Below, in pieces: positions 39,070-52,120 of a stretch of 64,000 nt of DNA. This stretch comes from Pirellulales bacterium (GTDB lineage Bacteria; Planctomycetota; Planctomycetia; Pirellulales; UBA1268): the NCBI GenBank assembly GCA_044236455.1, contig JBIIGJ010000008.1, positions 405 through 64,404 of the forward strand, written 5' to 3'. The translations under genes were made by a program, and so were the position numbers. The notes beneath the pieces were generated by a model that was not told the DNA's origin, searched no databases, and saw only the letters and a program-made list of their open reading frames with translations. The stretch's first letter is position 1, and every line of letters starts with the position of its first letter.

Positions 39070-40512
39070 TTAGCGGGGCCGCAGCGCGAGCATCCGCTTC
39101 CGCCAGGCCGGCTCGAACTCCGCGATCGGCACGCCCACCAGCTTTTCGAACTCGGCCACCCGTCGCGCCGCATCACGGCCACCGCTGCTCGGCTGGCACA
39201 GCGCCGCCAGAGACGTGGGCGTGAGCACCGGCTCGAGGACAGCGAGGTGGAACGCCAGGCCCCACGCCATCAGGTAGCTCTGCCGGCTCGCCGTCTGTCC
39301 GCCGGTATGGCCCACGAGAAACTGCCCCTGTCCGGCCTGCAGCAGATCCACCACGGGGACCGCGGCGTTGCCGGTCAACAATTCCTGCAGCGCCTTGAGG
39401 CGGATTGGATCGGGGGCGTCGAGCCGCAGTTCGCCCGCCTCGAGCGGCGCGGTTTCGAAGACCTGCGCGAGCCCCTCGTCGAGCCAGAGCGGCAGCGAGG
39501 AACGCCCGCCTTCCGAGAGCCGCCGATCGGCATAGGCATGCCATGCCTCGTGTGTGAGCCGGGCGGAGAATTCGCGACGGGCGTCGGCGACCCGCGCCGC
39601 ATTGTCGCGGCGGGCTGCCGAGAGCTGTGCGAGCAGCGCCTCGCGTTCCCGTTGCCAGCGATTGCGGGCCAGTTGCACGATCTCGGCGCGTTTACCGGCG
39701 GGCATCCCCTGCTTCTCCAGGTCGCCGGCGAGCTGCCGCACGTCCACCTCGAACGACCGGTCGCGGTTGGTGACATCCCGTTCGCTGAGCGCGAGGCTGT
39801 CCGCCGCCGTTCGCTCTTGCTCGATCATCGCCGGCAGGTCGCTGCCGGCCACGAGCAGCCCGCGGGCCGGCACGTACAGTGCCGGATGCTCTGCCACGAT
39901 GCCGAGGGCCTCCTGAACGCCGCGGTATTCCGCGGCCGTGCCGCAGAGCGTGACGACCAGCGGCGGCGACGGGCCGCCCGGCGGCGGCACGAGTGCCTCG
40001 AGCGCCGCGAACACCTGTTCGAGGCGGACGACGGCCTGCCGGGTGAGGCTCGGATCGGCGGTGCTGTCGAGCCTGAACCAGCGGCCGGCGTACCGCCACG
40101 GCCCGTTTTCGTCATCGCGGAGGAGCGTCACCGCCGTCTCGGCGGCATGCTGGCTGCCGCGCCGGTTGCGAAACGCGTCGACCCGTTTTGCCAGCAGGGC
40201 ATGATCCGCTGCGGGCAGCCGCTCGATCGCCGCGATCCGCGCCGGGTTGAGCGGGGCCCACGTGATCAGTTCCATGGGCCTGCCCGGCGGTTGGACGATC
40301 TGCACGAATCCGATCGGCGCCGTCGGATCGCGGTGCCCGCCGGAGTCGAGAGGCTCGATGACGAGCCCATCCAGCCGCCGTCCGTCGTGGAGCCGGAGGC
40401 TCTCGAGCTTCCACGCCCCGGTGGCCAGGCCAGGCCGTGGTTCGGCCGCCGTCGCGGCTGCCGCCATCAAGGCGGCGCCCACGACGGCACGTCGCAACGA
40501 AAACCGGAACAT
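39070..40512 (-). CDS. DUF1570-like secreted protein (HExxH zincin-like)
   Basis: THEAWH...PLWLDEGLAQVFE motif; signal peptide. Confidence 0.82.
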   Translation of the reverse strand: MFRFSLRRAVVGAALMAAAATAAEPRPGLATGAWKLESLRLHDGRRLDGLVIEPLDSGGHRDPTAPIGFVQIVQPPGRPMELITWAPLNPARIAAIERLPAADHALLAKRVDAFRNRRGSQHAAETAVTLLRDDENGPWRYAGRWFRLDSTADPSLTRQAVVRLEQVFAALEALVPPPGGPSPPLVVTLCGTAAEYRGVQEALGIVAEHPALYVPARGLLVAGSDLPAMIEQERTAADSLALSERDVTNRDRSFEVDVRQLAGDLEKQGMPAGKRAEIVQLARNRWQREREALLAQLSAARRDNAARVADARREFSARLTHEAWHAYADRRLSEGGRSSLPLWLDEGLAQVFETAPLEAGELRLDAPDPIRLKALQELLTGNAAVPVVDLLQAGQGQFLVGHTGGQTASRQSYLMAWGLAFHLAVLEPVLTPTSLAALCQPSSGGRDAARRVAEFEKLVGVPIAEFEPAWRKRMLALRPR

Positions 40513-40533
40513 GGTCGGCCAGCCGACGCTGGA

Positions 40534-41868
<1,335 letters not shown>

Positions 41869-41992
41869 CGAACGGATACTCCTGAGAGGGAAACGGTCTT
41901 CGGGTATGAAAAAGGAAAAACGCGGGCTCCTGCCGGCCGCAAGTTATATCGGCAACCATGCAGGTTGTCGCCTGCGGTGGGGGGCGGCAGGA

Positions 41993-42484
41993 TCACCCGC
42001 CGTCTGGCGGCGGCAGCGGTGTCCAGTGGTTGAAGGTCGCGGCCTGGCCGCGGAGGTGTCCATCGGCAGCGACAAGGTTCCAGATGATCGCCTGCTCGAT
42101 CCGGAACCGCCGCCCCGATTGCGAGATGCGGATGCCTGCATAGTCGTCGACATAGCCGTCGCGGCGGGTTCGCTCCAAGAGCCGGGCCCGTTCGTCGCGA
42201 TGCACCGGCTCGGCCGTGAGTCGCGAGGGCGTTTGCACGAATGTGTCCCAGTCCATCTCCCAGAGACGGAGGGCCGTGGCGTTGGCATAGTTCAGCACGG
42301 GATCAGCCTCCGTGCCGTGGGAGACCACGACGAACGGCGATTCGAAGAGCCGCTGAGCCTGCTCGGCGGCGGAAGCGTCGCGGGGGATCATGTCGCGGCC
42401 GAGAAGGCGGACAAACGAGTCGAGCAGGAGTTGCACGTGCTCGATCTGCTTCTGGCAAGACCACGGCGCGTTGGCGTCTGTCAT
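41993..42484 (-). CDS. stand-alone MEKHLA domain protein
   Basis: PFVVVSHGTEADPVLNYAN...PSRLTAE...YAGIRIS...GQAATF. Confidence 0.9.
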   Translation of the reverse strand: MTDANAPWSCQKQIEHVQLLLDSFVRLLGRDMIPRDASAAEQAQRLFESPFVVVSHGTEADPVLNYANATALRLWEMDWDTFVQTPSRLTAEPVHRDERARLLERTRRDGYVDDYAGIRISQSGRRFRIEQAIIWNLVAADGHLRGQAATFNHWTPLPPPDGG

Positions 42485-43377
42485 CGGTGGGCCGCCCGGG
42501 CCAGGATCCGACGGCCCCATTCTGGAAACCATTCGATGAGGCCCGCCAGCAGAGCAGCCTTTCGGGGCACGACGAGTTCGCTCCGCCGGTGAACGCAGGC
42601 GGCGAGCACCTGCTCGGCCAGTTGGTCCGGGTCGAGGTGCTTGAGGGCCCGGGTGCCGCCGGGCCGCAGCGCCTCTTCAGGCAGGCCGGCCCGTGCGACG
42701 TCTGCGGCGTAGCGGTCGGTCGCATCGGCCGCGCGCGGGTCGTCGTCGTCGCGGCGGATCGGCCCGGGAGAGACCAAGAGCACGTGGGCCCCGCGCGGGG
42801 CCATCTCCAGTCGCACCGCATCGACGTAGGCCGCGAGTGCCGACTTCGCCACGCAGTAGGGGCCCATGAACGGCGTGACGAGTTTGCCCGCGAGGCTGCC
42901 AAGATAGACCAGCTGGCCGCGGGCGGCTGCCACGTCGTCGGCGACGGCCTGCGTGATCTCGACGGCCGACGAGACGTTGGCATCGAAATACTCGCGGAGC
43001 TCATCGGCGGTCGTATTCAGGATCTCTCCCCTGCCCGACCGGCCAACGCAAAAGAAGAGATCGTCGACGCCGCCGAGGATGCGGAGCGCCTCGCCGACCA
43101 CGCGGCCCCCTTCGCCGGGCCGCGACAGATCCGCCGTGATGCCCCGCATCCGGGAGAAAAGGGGACGCAGCTCTTTTCGGGAGGGACAGGGGGAGAAAAG
43201 AGCTGCGTCCCCTTTTCTGTCGCAGGCGGCGAGAGCCTGCCGCACGCCCTCGCTCGAGCGGCCCACGATCAGCACGCGGGCTCCCGCGGCATCGAGATGC
43301 CGGGCCAATGCCAGGCCGAAGCCGGCCGTGCCGCCCGCCACGATCACCCTTCGGTCATGCCACATGCCTGTCGTCAT
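42481..43377 (-). CDS. short-chain dehydrogenase/reductase with in-frame palindromic insert
   Basis: AGGTAGFG, GSLAG, YCVAK and VSPGPI motifs. Confidence 0.9.
   Translation of the reverse strand: MTTGMWHDRRVIVAGGTAGFGLALARHLDAAGARVLIVGRSSEGVRQALAACDRKGDAALFSPCPSRKELRPLFSRMRGITADLSRPGEGGRVVGEALRILGGVDDLFFCVGRSGRGEILNTTADELREYFDANVSSAVEITQAVADDVAAARGQLVYLGSLAGKLVTPFMGPYCVAKSALAAYVDAVRLEMAPRGAHVLLVSPGPIRRDDDDPRAADATDRYAADVARAGLPEEALRPGGTRALKHLDPDQLAEQVLAACVHRRSELVVPRKAALLAGLIEWFPEWGRRILARAAHR
43155..43218. repeat. 64-bp palindromic element inside the SDR CDS
   Basis: Perfect 24-bp arms agaaaaggggacgcagctcttttc / gaaaagagctgcgtccccttttct with a 16-nt spacer. Confidence 0.9.
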
Positions 43378-43464
43378 TGGACGGAGTCTAACGTAAATCA
43401 GGCTGGTTGCAGTATTCTGCGGGCCCCGCCCCGTCCGCTCCTACCCCGCCTGAGGACGCCAGCC

Positions 43465-44967
43465 ATGCCAATGACCACGCCGGCCCCTGCTCCGATTGTT
43501 CGCACCAAGATCGTCGCCACCATCGGTCCCGCCTGCCGCGAGGAGACCGGCCTCCGCAGCCTGGTCGACGCTGGAGTCGACGTGTTCCGGCTCAACATGG
43601 CCCATGGCTCCATGGAGGAGCATCAGGAGACTCTCGACCGGGTGCGGCGGGTTGCCGAGGCCGCCGGACGGCCGATCGGCGTACTCGTCGACCTGGCCGG
43701 TCCCAAGATCCGGCTCGGCGAGATCCCCGGCGGGGCTCTCGAATGCGTCGAGGGAGCGCTGTTCAAGTTCATCCGCGGCACCGAGAGCCATCATCCCGAT
43801 GAGTTCACGACCACCTACGAACGGCTCATCGACGAACTGTCCGTGGGCGATGCGGTGATGCTCGCCGACGGCACGATCAGCCTCGTGGTCGAGGAACGTT
43901 CCCCGAACGAGGCCCGTTGCCGCGTCGTGCAGGGAGGGCTGATCCGTAGCCGTCAGGGGGTGAACCTGCCGGGCGTGAAGCTCTCCGTGGCCGCGATGAG
44001 CGCCGCTGACTGGCAGCACGCCGAGTGGGCTGCGGCCGCCGGTGCCGACTTCGTGAGCTTGTCGTTCGTGCGGAGCGCCGTGGAGGTGAAGCTGCTCAAG
44101 GAACTTCTCCGGACCCGCGGCTCGAAGGCCCGCGTCGTCGCCAAGATCGAGAAGCGGGAGGCGATCGACAACCTCGATTCGATCGTCGATGCTGCCGACG
44201 CTGTGATGGTGGCCCGCGGCGACCTCGGCGTGGAGATCGACGTGGCCAGCATGCCGATGGTGCAGAAGCAGATCATCCGCGCCTGCCAGCGGTATCAAAA
44301 GCCGGTGATCGTGGCGACGCAGATGCTCGACAGCATGCAGCACTCCCGGCGGCCCACGCGGGCGGAGACGACCGACGTGGCCAACGCGATCCTCGACGGC
44401 GCCGACGCCTGCATGCTCTCCGGCGAGACGGCGATCGGCGATCATCCGCGGCTCGTCGTGGAGATGATGCGGCGGATCGCCAGCGCTACCGAGAAGCAGT
44501 ATCTGCAGGATCGCCGGCAGTTTCTGGAAGACTCGCTCGGTCGGGGCCGGGCGGCGGTGCCGGCGGGAGAGTTCCTGCCGCCGCCGGAGTTTCTCGTCGA
44601 TGGCCTGCACCCGATCACGCAGGCCGTGGTCGATGGCGCCAGCCGCATCGCCGCTGAGCTCGATGCGAAGCTCGTGGTGGTGGCCAGCAAGAGCGGCGTG
44701 ACGGCGATCGCCCGGTCGAAGCGTCGCGGGGCCGTGCCCACGGTCGGCGTCAGCGACGACCCCGCCACACTGCGGCAGATGTCGCTCTACTGGGGCGTCA
44801 CGCCGCTGGCCGCGGTCGAGGGGAGCGACATCAACCGGCTCCTCGAGCACGTCACCGCCTGGGGGCTCCGCGAGGGGCGGCTCCAGCGTGGCGACCGGAT
44901 TTTGCTGGTGGCGGGTATCGGATTTGGCACGGGCGGGCACAATATGGCCCTCGTCCACGAGGTGTGA
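43465..44967 (+). CDS. pyk: pyruvate kinase
   Basis: RTKIVATIGPA, RLNMAHG, DLAGPKIR, AKIE, MVARGDLG, ATQMLDSM and MLSGET motifs. Confidence 0.97.
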   Translation: MPMTTPAPAPIVRTKIVATIGPACREETGLRSLVDAGVDVFRLNMAHGSMEEHQETLDRVRRVAEAAGRPIGVLVDLAGPKIRLGEIPGGALECVEGALFKFIRGTESHHPDEFTTTYERLIDELSVGDAVMLADGTISLVVEERSPNEARCRVVQGGLIRSRQGVNLPGVKLSVAAMSAADWQHAEWAAAAGADFVSLSFVRSAVEVKLLKELLRTRGSKARVVAKIEKREAIDNLDSIVDAADAVMVARGDLGVEIDVASMPMVQKQIIRACQRYQKPVIVATQMLDSMQHSRRPTRAETTDVANAILDGADACMLSGETAIGDHPRLVVEMMRRIASATEKQYLQDRRQFLEDSLGRGRAAVPAGEFLPPPEFLVDGLHPITQAVVDGASRIAAELDAKLVVVASKSGVTAIARSKRRGAVPTVGVSDDPATLRQMSLYWGVTPLAAVEGSDINRLLEHVTAWGLREGRLQRGDRILLVAGIGFGTGGHNMALVHEV

Positions 44968-44993
44968 CACAAGACAGTTATCAGGAGAAGGCG

Positions 44994-46211
<1,218 letters not shown>

Positions 46212-46212
46212 C

Positions 46213-47550
46213 ATGCGGCACGCGAATCATCGTCATCTGCCGGGCCTGCTGCGGCTCTTCGCCGGCGTCGACACGCGGCGGCCGGCCTCGTGGATCGCGT
46301 TGGTCATCGGGGCTTGGGCGGGCTGGTGGTGTGCCGCGTCGGCCGCGGATGGCCTGACGGGCGCGGGCATCATTGCGATGCTGTCGGCCGCCGTGGCGGC
46401 GGTGGCCGCGGTGGGTGACCTGCCGCTGGAACTCTGTCCTCCGGCCGCACATGGTTCGCGCCGCGGACTGGTCTTCCTCTGGGTCGGCGAACGGGTGGCC
46501 TGGCCGCTGAGCGGCGTCATGCTGGGCATGCTCGCTGCCGGCATGGCGGCGGCATCTCTCCCGACCTTGGCCATCGCCGCGATCGGGCCGCTGCTGGCGG
46601 CTGTCACCGTCGCGGTCAGCCGGCTGGCGGGAGCCAAGGCGGCGGATGCCGCGAGCCTCACGCTGCTGGTGGCGGCGGCCAGTGCGGCCGCGGGCTTCGC
46701 CATTGGCACGAACGCGGTGCTCGTGGCCGCTGGGGCCACCACCGCGTGGCTGCTGCTCGGTGGCCTGGCCTGGGCATGCTCGCGGCCGTTGCCGGGCACG
46801 GCTGACCCGGTATCGACCGAAGCCAATCGGGCGCTGCCTTCAGGCGGCGCCGACGTGCTGCACCTCGAGGCCCTGCCCGCCAACGGTCCGCTGCGGCAGA
46901 CGCTGACCGGGATGGCGATGGTCGCAGCGCTTGTGGCCATGGCCGGTTGGCTCGTGGTCGAGACCGCTCCCGGGCAAGGCGATGGCCAGGCTCGTCAGGG
47001 CTCGAATGCCGCCCACGTGGACCATGCGACGGTGGCATGGGCACTCTTCTCCGCGGCGTGGTTCATCGGGCTGGCCGTGCCGCAGTCGCTGCTGTTGGAT
47101 GGGGTCGCGGGGGCCGTCGGCTGGGAGCGTCTGTTTCGTACCACGGCACGGGCGAACCGTCTCAGCACCAAGTATTCGCGGCTATTCTCCAGTCCACCGC
47201 TCGGCGGAGTGCGGTTTGCAGGCGGTGTCGCGGTGGTGCAGGCGGCGATCCTCGGCTGGCCGGCGCTGGTGTGCGCGGTGTTATCGCTGCCCACGCCGGC
47301 CAGGGCCGGACCTCCGCTGGGCATCGTGGTTGGGCTGGCCGTGGCGGCGGCCGCAGTCGCTGCCTGCGCCGCGATGGGCGCCGCGCTGCGATGTTCAAGG
47401 GAGACCACGTTCGCCGCCGTGCTGGCCGTCGCGGTCGGCGTCTTCACCATCGCCGTTGTGTCCACCGGTTTTCGTCAGGACACAGCCACTGTCTCGCCCA
47501 GTCTCTCCAGTCTCGCGCCGTGGCTCGTGCCGCGGCTTCGCGGTGGTTGA
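46213..47550 (+). CDS. hypothetical multi-pass membrane protein
   Basis: Many Ala-rich hydrophobic segments; starts 1 nt after the argG stop. Confidence 0.65.
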   Translation: MRHANHRHLPGLLRLFAGVDTRRPASWIALVIGAWAGWWCAASAADGLTGAGIIAMLSAAVAAVAAVGDLPLELCPPAAHGSRRGLVFLWVGERVAWPLSGVMLGMLAAGMAAASLPTLAIAAIGPLLAAVTVAVSRLAGAKAADAASLTLLVAAASAAAGFAIGTNAVLVAAGATTAWLLLGGLAWACSRPLPGTADPVSTEANRALPSGGADVLHLEALPANGPLRQTLTGMAMVAALVAMAGWLVVETAPGQGDGQARQGSNAAHVDHATVAWALFSAAWFIGLAVPQSLLLDGVAGAVGWERLFRTTARANRLSTKYSRLFSSPPLGGVRFAGGVAVVQAAILGWPALVCAVLSLPTPARAGPPLGIVVGLAVAAAAVAACAAMGAALRCSRETTFAAVLAVAVGVFTIAVVSTGFRQDTATVSPSLSSLAPWLVPRLRGG

Positions 47551-47775
47551 CTGGGCAGTTTCATGACGCTGGAAACCGGCTCTCCTGCGAAACTTCGCGG
47601 TCCGGGTCGAGAAATCGTCTTCGGAAGAACGATAGAAGATGAGTCGTGCCGGTCGTGCGAATTGTGACACTTCGCCGGGACACTTTGCCGGGCCAAATTG
47701 CTGGGTCACATCGTAAGGAGTGTTTTCGTGGACGGAACCCGCTGCCACCAACCGATCTGTTCCTTCCGCCGCGCC

Positions 47776-49767
47776 ATGCACGTCACGGCGGCCGTGGCGG
47801 TCACGCTCGGCTCGGCCATGGCGGGGCTGTTCATGGCCACTGGCGTGGCCACCGCCGCCGGCGCCTTTCCGGCGAGCGAAAGGGTCTTTCCCGCCACGAC
47901 CAGGGGCTGGGTGAGCATCTCCCACGGGCCGGAATTCCGGCAGCGGTTCAACCGCACGCAATACGGAATGCTGCTCAAGGATCCGAGCATGAAGCCGTTC
48001 ATCGAGAGCGTCCGCAAGCAGTTCGAAAACTCGAACAGCAGCCGCCTCGGCCGGCTGGGACTCACGCTCGACGACCTGCTGGAGGTCGCCGGCGGCGAGT
48101 ATGCGCTCGGCGCCGTCGAGTCGCCCGCCGGCAAGCTGGCTACCATCGTCCTGGTCGACACCACCGGCCACGATGCCGAGGCCCGTGGCCTCATCGAAAA
48201 AATGAACCAGCGGATGGTCGAGCAAAAGGGAACGAAGGTCGCCGCGAACGGCGGCGGTCCGCTCACCGTCTATCAGCTTCCGGCGGCGGAAAACGCCGAC
48301 AGGTCGGCCGAGCCGCGGGTGGCCTTTGCGCTCTCCGGCAGCGCGCTCGTTGTCGGCGACGATCCCGCGCTCGTCACGCAGGTGATGGGCACGCTCAGTC
48401 AGGGTCGCGGCGACTGCGTGGAATCGCTGCCGGCTTTCAGTGCCGTCATGGGCCGTTGCCAGGGGCAGGTTCCCGCGGATGCGGCCGCAGTTCGTTGGTA
48501 TGTCGATCCTCTGCCGTTTGCCAAGGCCTATCAGGCCACCAACCCTCCGCGTGAGAAGCGGAAAGGACCCGATTACGTGGCGATCCTCGGCCGGCAGGGC
48601 TTCGATGTCGTGAAGGGGGCCGGCGGCGTGGTCGTGTTCGACGACGGCGGGCATGCGCTGCGGCATCACACGATGGTCTACGCGCCCCCGCTCGCCGGCC
48701 GGCAGCCGTTCGCGGCCGATCGGTTCGAGGGTGCCGCCCGCATGCTGCAGTTTCCCGACGTCGAGGCCATCAGCCCCCAGGCGTGGGTGCCGCGCGACAT
48801 CTCGGGCTGGACATCGCTGCAATTCGATCTCCGGAACGCCTTCGTCACCGTCGAGTCGCTCGTCGACGACATTGTGGGCGAAAAGGGTGTCTACGACGAC
48901 GTGATCGCCTCCGTGAAGGAGGATCCGGACGGCCCGCAGATCGACCTGGAGAAAGATCTCGTCGCCTGCCTCGGCAGTCGCGCGACCCTCATCACCGATC
49001 ACGCCACGCCCATCAGCACCGACAGCGAGCGGCTGGTGATCGCCGTGGAGGCGGTCGATCCCGAGCGGGTCGCGGCCACGGTGGCCAAGAGCATGTCGAT
49101 CGATCCCGACATGGCCAAGATCGAGCTGCAGGGGCATGTCGCCTGGGAACTCATCGACCGCTCGATGGCGATCCCGCAGCTCGAGGTGGAATTGCCGGGT
49201 GTCGCCGTGCCGCATGCCGATCACGACGACGACGCCCATCGCCGCCGCACGAAGCTCCGCGAGCGTGAGGAGAAGCTCCTGCCCCACTCGGTCGTGACCG
49301 TGGCCCAGGGACACCTGTTCGTGGCATCGCACCGCGACATTCTCGAACGCGTGCTGGCCACGAAGGGCGGCGTTGAATCGCTCGGTTCGGCCGCGGACTA
49401 CGGGCAGGTGGCCACCGAATTGAACAGGCTGTTGCCAGGCAAGGCGGCCACGCGGTCGTTTACCCGCGAGGATGAGGCGATCCGTCCTGCCTATGAAATG
49501 CTGCGGCAGGGCTCGATGCCCAAGTCGAAAAGCCTCACGGGGCAGCTCCTCAACGGCATTCTGGGTGACGGCAAGCCCGGCACGGTGCGGACGCAGCGGC
49601 TGGACGGCAGCACGCTTCCCGAATTCGAGATGGTCCGCCGGTACTTCGGAACGGTGGGCGTGGGGATGCAGTCTCTTCCCGACGGATGGTACGTTACCGG
49701 CATCTCGCTGCCGCGGAGCCAGCAGGAACCCGAAGTGGCTCGCCGCCCGGTCACTCCGCCGCAGTAG
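47776..49767 (+). CDS. large exported hypothetical protein (planctomycete-type)
   Basis: Signal peptide and long ORF with typical codon usage; start uncertain (47728 is an alternative). Confidence 0.8.
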   Translation: MHVTAAVAVTLGSAMAGLFMATGVATAAGAFPASERVFPATTRGWVSISHGPEFRQRFNRTQYGMLLKDPSMKPFIESVRKQFENSNSSRLGRLGLTLDDLLEVAGGEYALGAVESPAGKLATIVLVDTTGHDAEARGLIEKMNQRMVEQKGTKVAANGGGPLTVYQLPAAENADRSAEPRVAFALSGSALVVGDDPALVTQVMGTLSQGRGDCVESLPAFSAVMGRCQGQVPADAAAVRWYVDPLPFAKAYQATNPPREKRKGPDYVAILGRQGFDVVKGAGGVVVFDDGGHALRHHTMVYAPPLAGRQPFAADRFEGAARMLQFPDVEAISPQAWVPRDISGWTSLQFDLRNAFVTVESLVDDIVGEKGVYDDVIASVKEDPDGPQIDLEKDLVACLGSRATLITDHATPISTDSERLVIAVEAVDPERVAATVAKSMSIDPDMAKIELQGHVAWELIDRSMAIPQLEVELPGVAVPHADHDDDAHRRRTKLREREEKLLPHSVVTVAQGHLFVASHRDILERVLATKGGVESLGSAADYGQVATELNRLLPGKAATRSFTREDEAIRPAYEMLRQGSMPKSKSLTGQLLNGILGDGKPGTVRTQRLDGSTLPEFEMVRRYFGTVGVGMQSLPDGWYVTGISLPRSQQEPEVARRPVTPPQ

Positions 49768-52120
49768 GCCGCTTCTCCCAGTCCACCACGGCCCAGAAGG
49801 GATGCTGGCGGTCCGCTCGTAGCCGCAGGTCCTCGAGCAGCAGACGCTTGTCTGGCACGACCGTGTCCTTCCAGAGTTTGCGGCCGTCGAGCGTGACGGT
49901 TACCGGTCGCGAGAAGTCGACCAGTTCCGGCGAAAGCCAGATCCGCACGCGGTCGGCGCCGCAGTGCACCGAGAGCATGCTCGCCGGCACGGTGTTGGCC
50001 GGCATCGTCTTGGCCTCGATCGCAAACGGACGGATGCCCGGTGGAGGCGGCCACTGCGAGGGCAGCACCATCGTGCGGGCTGGCGGTCGCTCCATCTCCA
50101 CCCACCAGAAGAAGCGGTCCCACGGTCGCATCGACACCACGTCGATCGTGGGCGGAAAAAACATCCGCTGCCGCCGGCTCATCCAGTCGAAGATCCTCAG
50201 GATCTCATCGGAGAAATGCTCGTGGCCGCGGCCGCGGTATTCCACGTAGGTCGTGTCGAACCCCTTGGCGAAGTAGCGGTCGAGATCCATGGTGTTGCGG
50301 CCGAAACAGGCGGCGTCGAGTTCGCCGGCCACGAGGTAAATCGGCAGCGTGCGGGCGTTGTGCCAGTAGTGGTTGACGTATTTGCCGGCGGCGGGAGAGA
50401 TCGCCACCAGCCCGGCCCAGAGGTCGGGATGGGAGATCGCGATGTCCCAGGCTGCATCGCCTCCGGTCGAGTGGCCGGAGAGAAACACCCGGTCGGTGTC
50501 GATCGAAAACCGGCGCAGCGACTCCCGCAGGGAGCCAAGCACCGCGGCATGTTCCCGCGCCGAGTATTCGTAGCCGGTCTGCTGCTCGCGGGCCCACGCC
50601 GGGGCGATCACGATCGTGCCGTTGCGTGCCGCCTGCCCGCGCCGCTGGCCGTCGGGGCCGGGCATGCCGGCCCACCACTCGATCTGGTTCATCGGCGTGG
50701 ACCAGGCCGTATGCAGTGAGACGACTGCGGGATACCTGCGGAGCGGGTCGTATTCGGGCGGCAGTTGTACCAGGCAGCGGAAGCTCCCCTCCCCTTCCAA
50801 TCCCGGCACCTCCAGTTCGTGGAGTCCGGGAGCGATCTCCGCCGGCGGGGCGAATGGCGGTTGCATCTGCCGCACGATTGCGGTGACGGTGGGGGCGTCG
50901 AAGGCCTCTTCCTGCTCGAGACCCGCGTGGATGCGGTCCCGTTCCGCTCGGTCTGCCGCGCGGAGGTAGTCGCCGACGAGTGATCGCACCCGCATGGACG
51001 ACAGGGCGAGCTTGAGGTTGCGGTCGGCGCTGGCCGCCCCTTGCAGCCAGCCGTTGATCGCCATCGCCAGAGCGGCGTCGGCCGGCATGTCGGAGTCGGT
51101 GCCCAGCCGTGCGAACGTCGCCAGCCGGTCGAGGGAGGCAAACGAGAGTCCCTGCTCGATCTCGTCGATGATCGTCCCGGCCTCGCGGCGATCATCCTCG
51201 TTCACCAGTTGCTTCTCCCGTTGCCGCAAGGCGTCGAGGAGCAGTCGGGCCGAATCCTGACGCTGGCGGTAGCGGTTGCGGGCCTCACGAACCGCCTCCA
51301 CTGTTTCGCCCCCGGCGTCGTCGGCCGGAAACCGCTCCAGAAGGTCGAGCGCCAGGCGATCCTGACCGACGCGACCACGCACGAGCACTTCGTCGAGCAG
51401 CCTGGCAGCTGCCAGAGCGGCCAGGTCTTTCCGCTGCTGGGCCAGGTCGGCCAGGTCGGGAAAGTCCCGCAGCACCTCGTCGAGTTCCGCCCGGGCGTCG
51501 TCGTAACGTTCCGCCTGCAGGAACAGCCGCACCACCCTCAGCCGGTCGTCGGGGTTGGTGCGGTCGAGATGCTGGTCGATCACCCGTTTGAGCACGTCCC
51601 GCGGGATCGACGAGGTAGCGATCCGCATGTCGAGCAGATACGGCCGTTCCGTGATGATCCCCTCGACGCTCGTCCACCGCGCGGCAATCTGCGTGATCCC
51701 CTGCACGATGTCGATGCGGCCGCCGGCGGTGCCGACGGAGAGGACGCGGCGGCCGTATTCGTCGAAGGGAGTCGTGCCGAGAATCTGTCCGACGCCGACC
51801 ACGCGGCGGCCGTTATCGGGGATCCGCTGCGGAATCCGAATCCGCTCGGCACCGGGATCGCCCTGTCCGGGCTCGGCCTTCACCACCCGTCGCTTGGAGA
51901 CCATCGTGCGGGTCAGCTCGTCATCGCACATCAAGATCGACGTGCCGCCGGAGGGCTTTGCCCCGCCCTCGGCCTCGGGGTCGATCGCGACGCCGGGCAG
52001 GAGCACGAACCGCCCGTGCAACACGCGGCCGTCGAACAGTTCGACCTGGTCGGCCCTCGCCTGCAGCGCAGGGAGCAGGCTCACGAGAACGATCAAAACC
52101 GCCGCTTGCATCCAATCCAT
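49751..52120 (-). CDS. secreted alpha/beta-hydrolase (esterase/peptidase) with helical N-terminal region
   Basis: LPPEYDP, IDTDRVFLSGHSTGG nucleophile motif, GELD and GRGHE. Confidence 0.85.
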   Translation of the reverse strand: MDWMQAAVLIVLVSLLPALQARADQVELFDGRVLHGRFVLLPGVAIDPEAEGGAKPSGGTSILMCDDELTRTMVSKRRVVKAEPGQGDPGAERIRIPQRIPDNGRRVVGVGQILGTTPFDEYGRRVLSVGTAGGRIDIVQGITQIAARWTSVEGIITERPYLLDMRIATSSIPRDVLKRVIDQHLDRTNPDDRLRVVRLFLQAERYDDARAELDEVLRDFPDLADLAQQRKDLAALAAARLLDEVLVRGRVGQDRLALDLLERFPADDAGGETVEAVREARNRYRQRQDSARLLLDALRQREKQLVNEDDRREAGTIIDEIEQGLSFASLDRLATFARLGTDSDMPADAALAMAINGWLQGAASADRNLKLALSSMRVRSLVGDYLRAADRAERDRIHAGLEQEEAFDAPTVTAIVRQMQPPFAPPAEIAPGLHELEVPGLEGEGSFRCLVQLPPEYDPLRRYPAVVSLHTAWSTPMNQIEWWAGMPGPDGQRRGQAARNGTIVIAPAWAREQQTGYEYSAREHAAVLGSLRESLRRFSIDTDRVFLSGHSTGGDAAWDIAISHPDLWAGLVAISPAAGKYVNHYWHNARTLPIYLVAGELDAACFGRNTMDLDRYFAKGFDTTYVEYRGRGHEHFSDEILRIFDWMSRRQRMFFPPTIDVVSMRPWDRFFWWVEMERPPARTMVLPSQWPPPPGIRPFAIEAKTMPANTVPASMLSVHCGADRVRIWLSPELVDFSRPVTVTLDGRKLWKDTVVPDKRLLLEDLRLRADRQHPFWAVVDWEKRPTAAE

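Noticed and set aside
42241-43464. 408-aa N-terminal extension on pyruvate kinase (908-aa ORF); similar extensions on the porin, TolB-like and proC ORFs
   Set aside because: Stop-free shadow of neighbouring genes in high-GC DNA; real starts lie downstream where family motifs begin.
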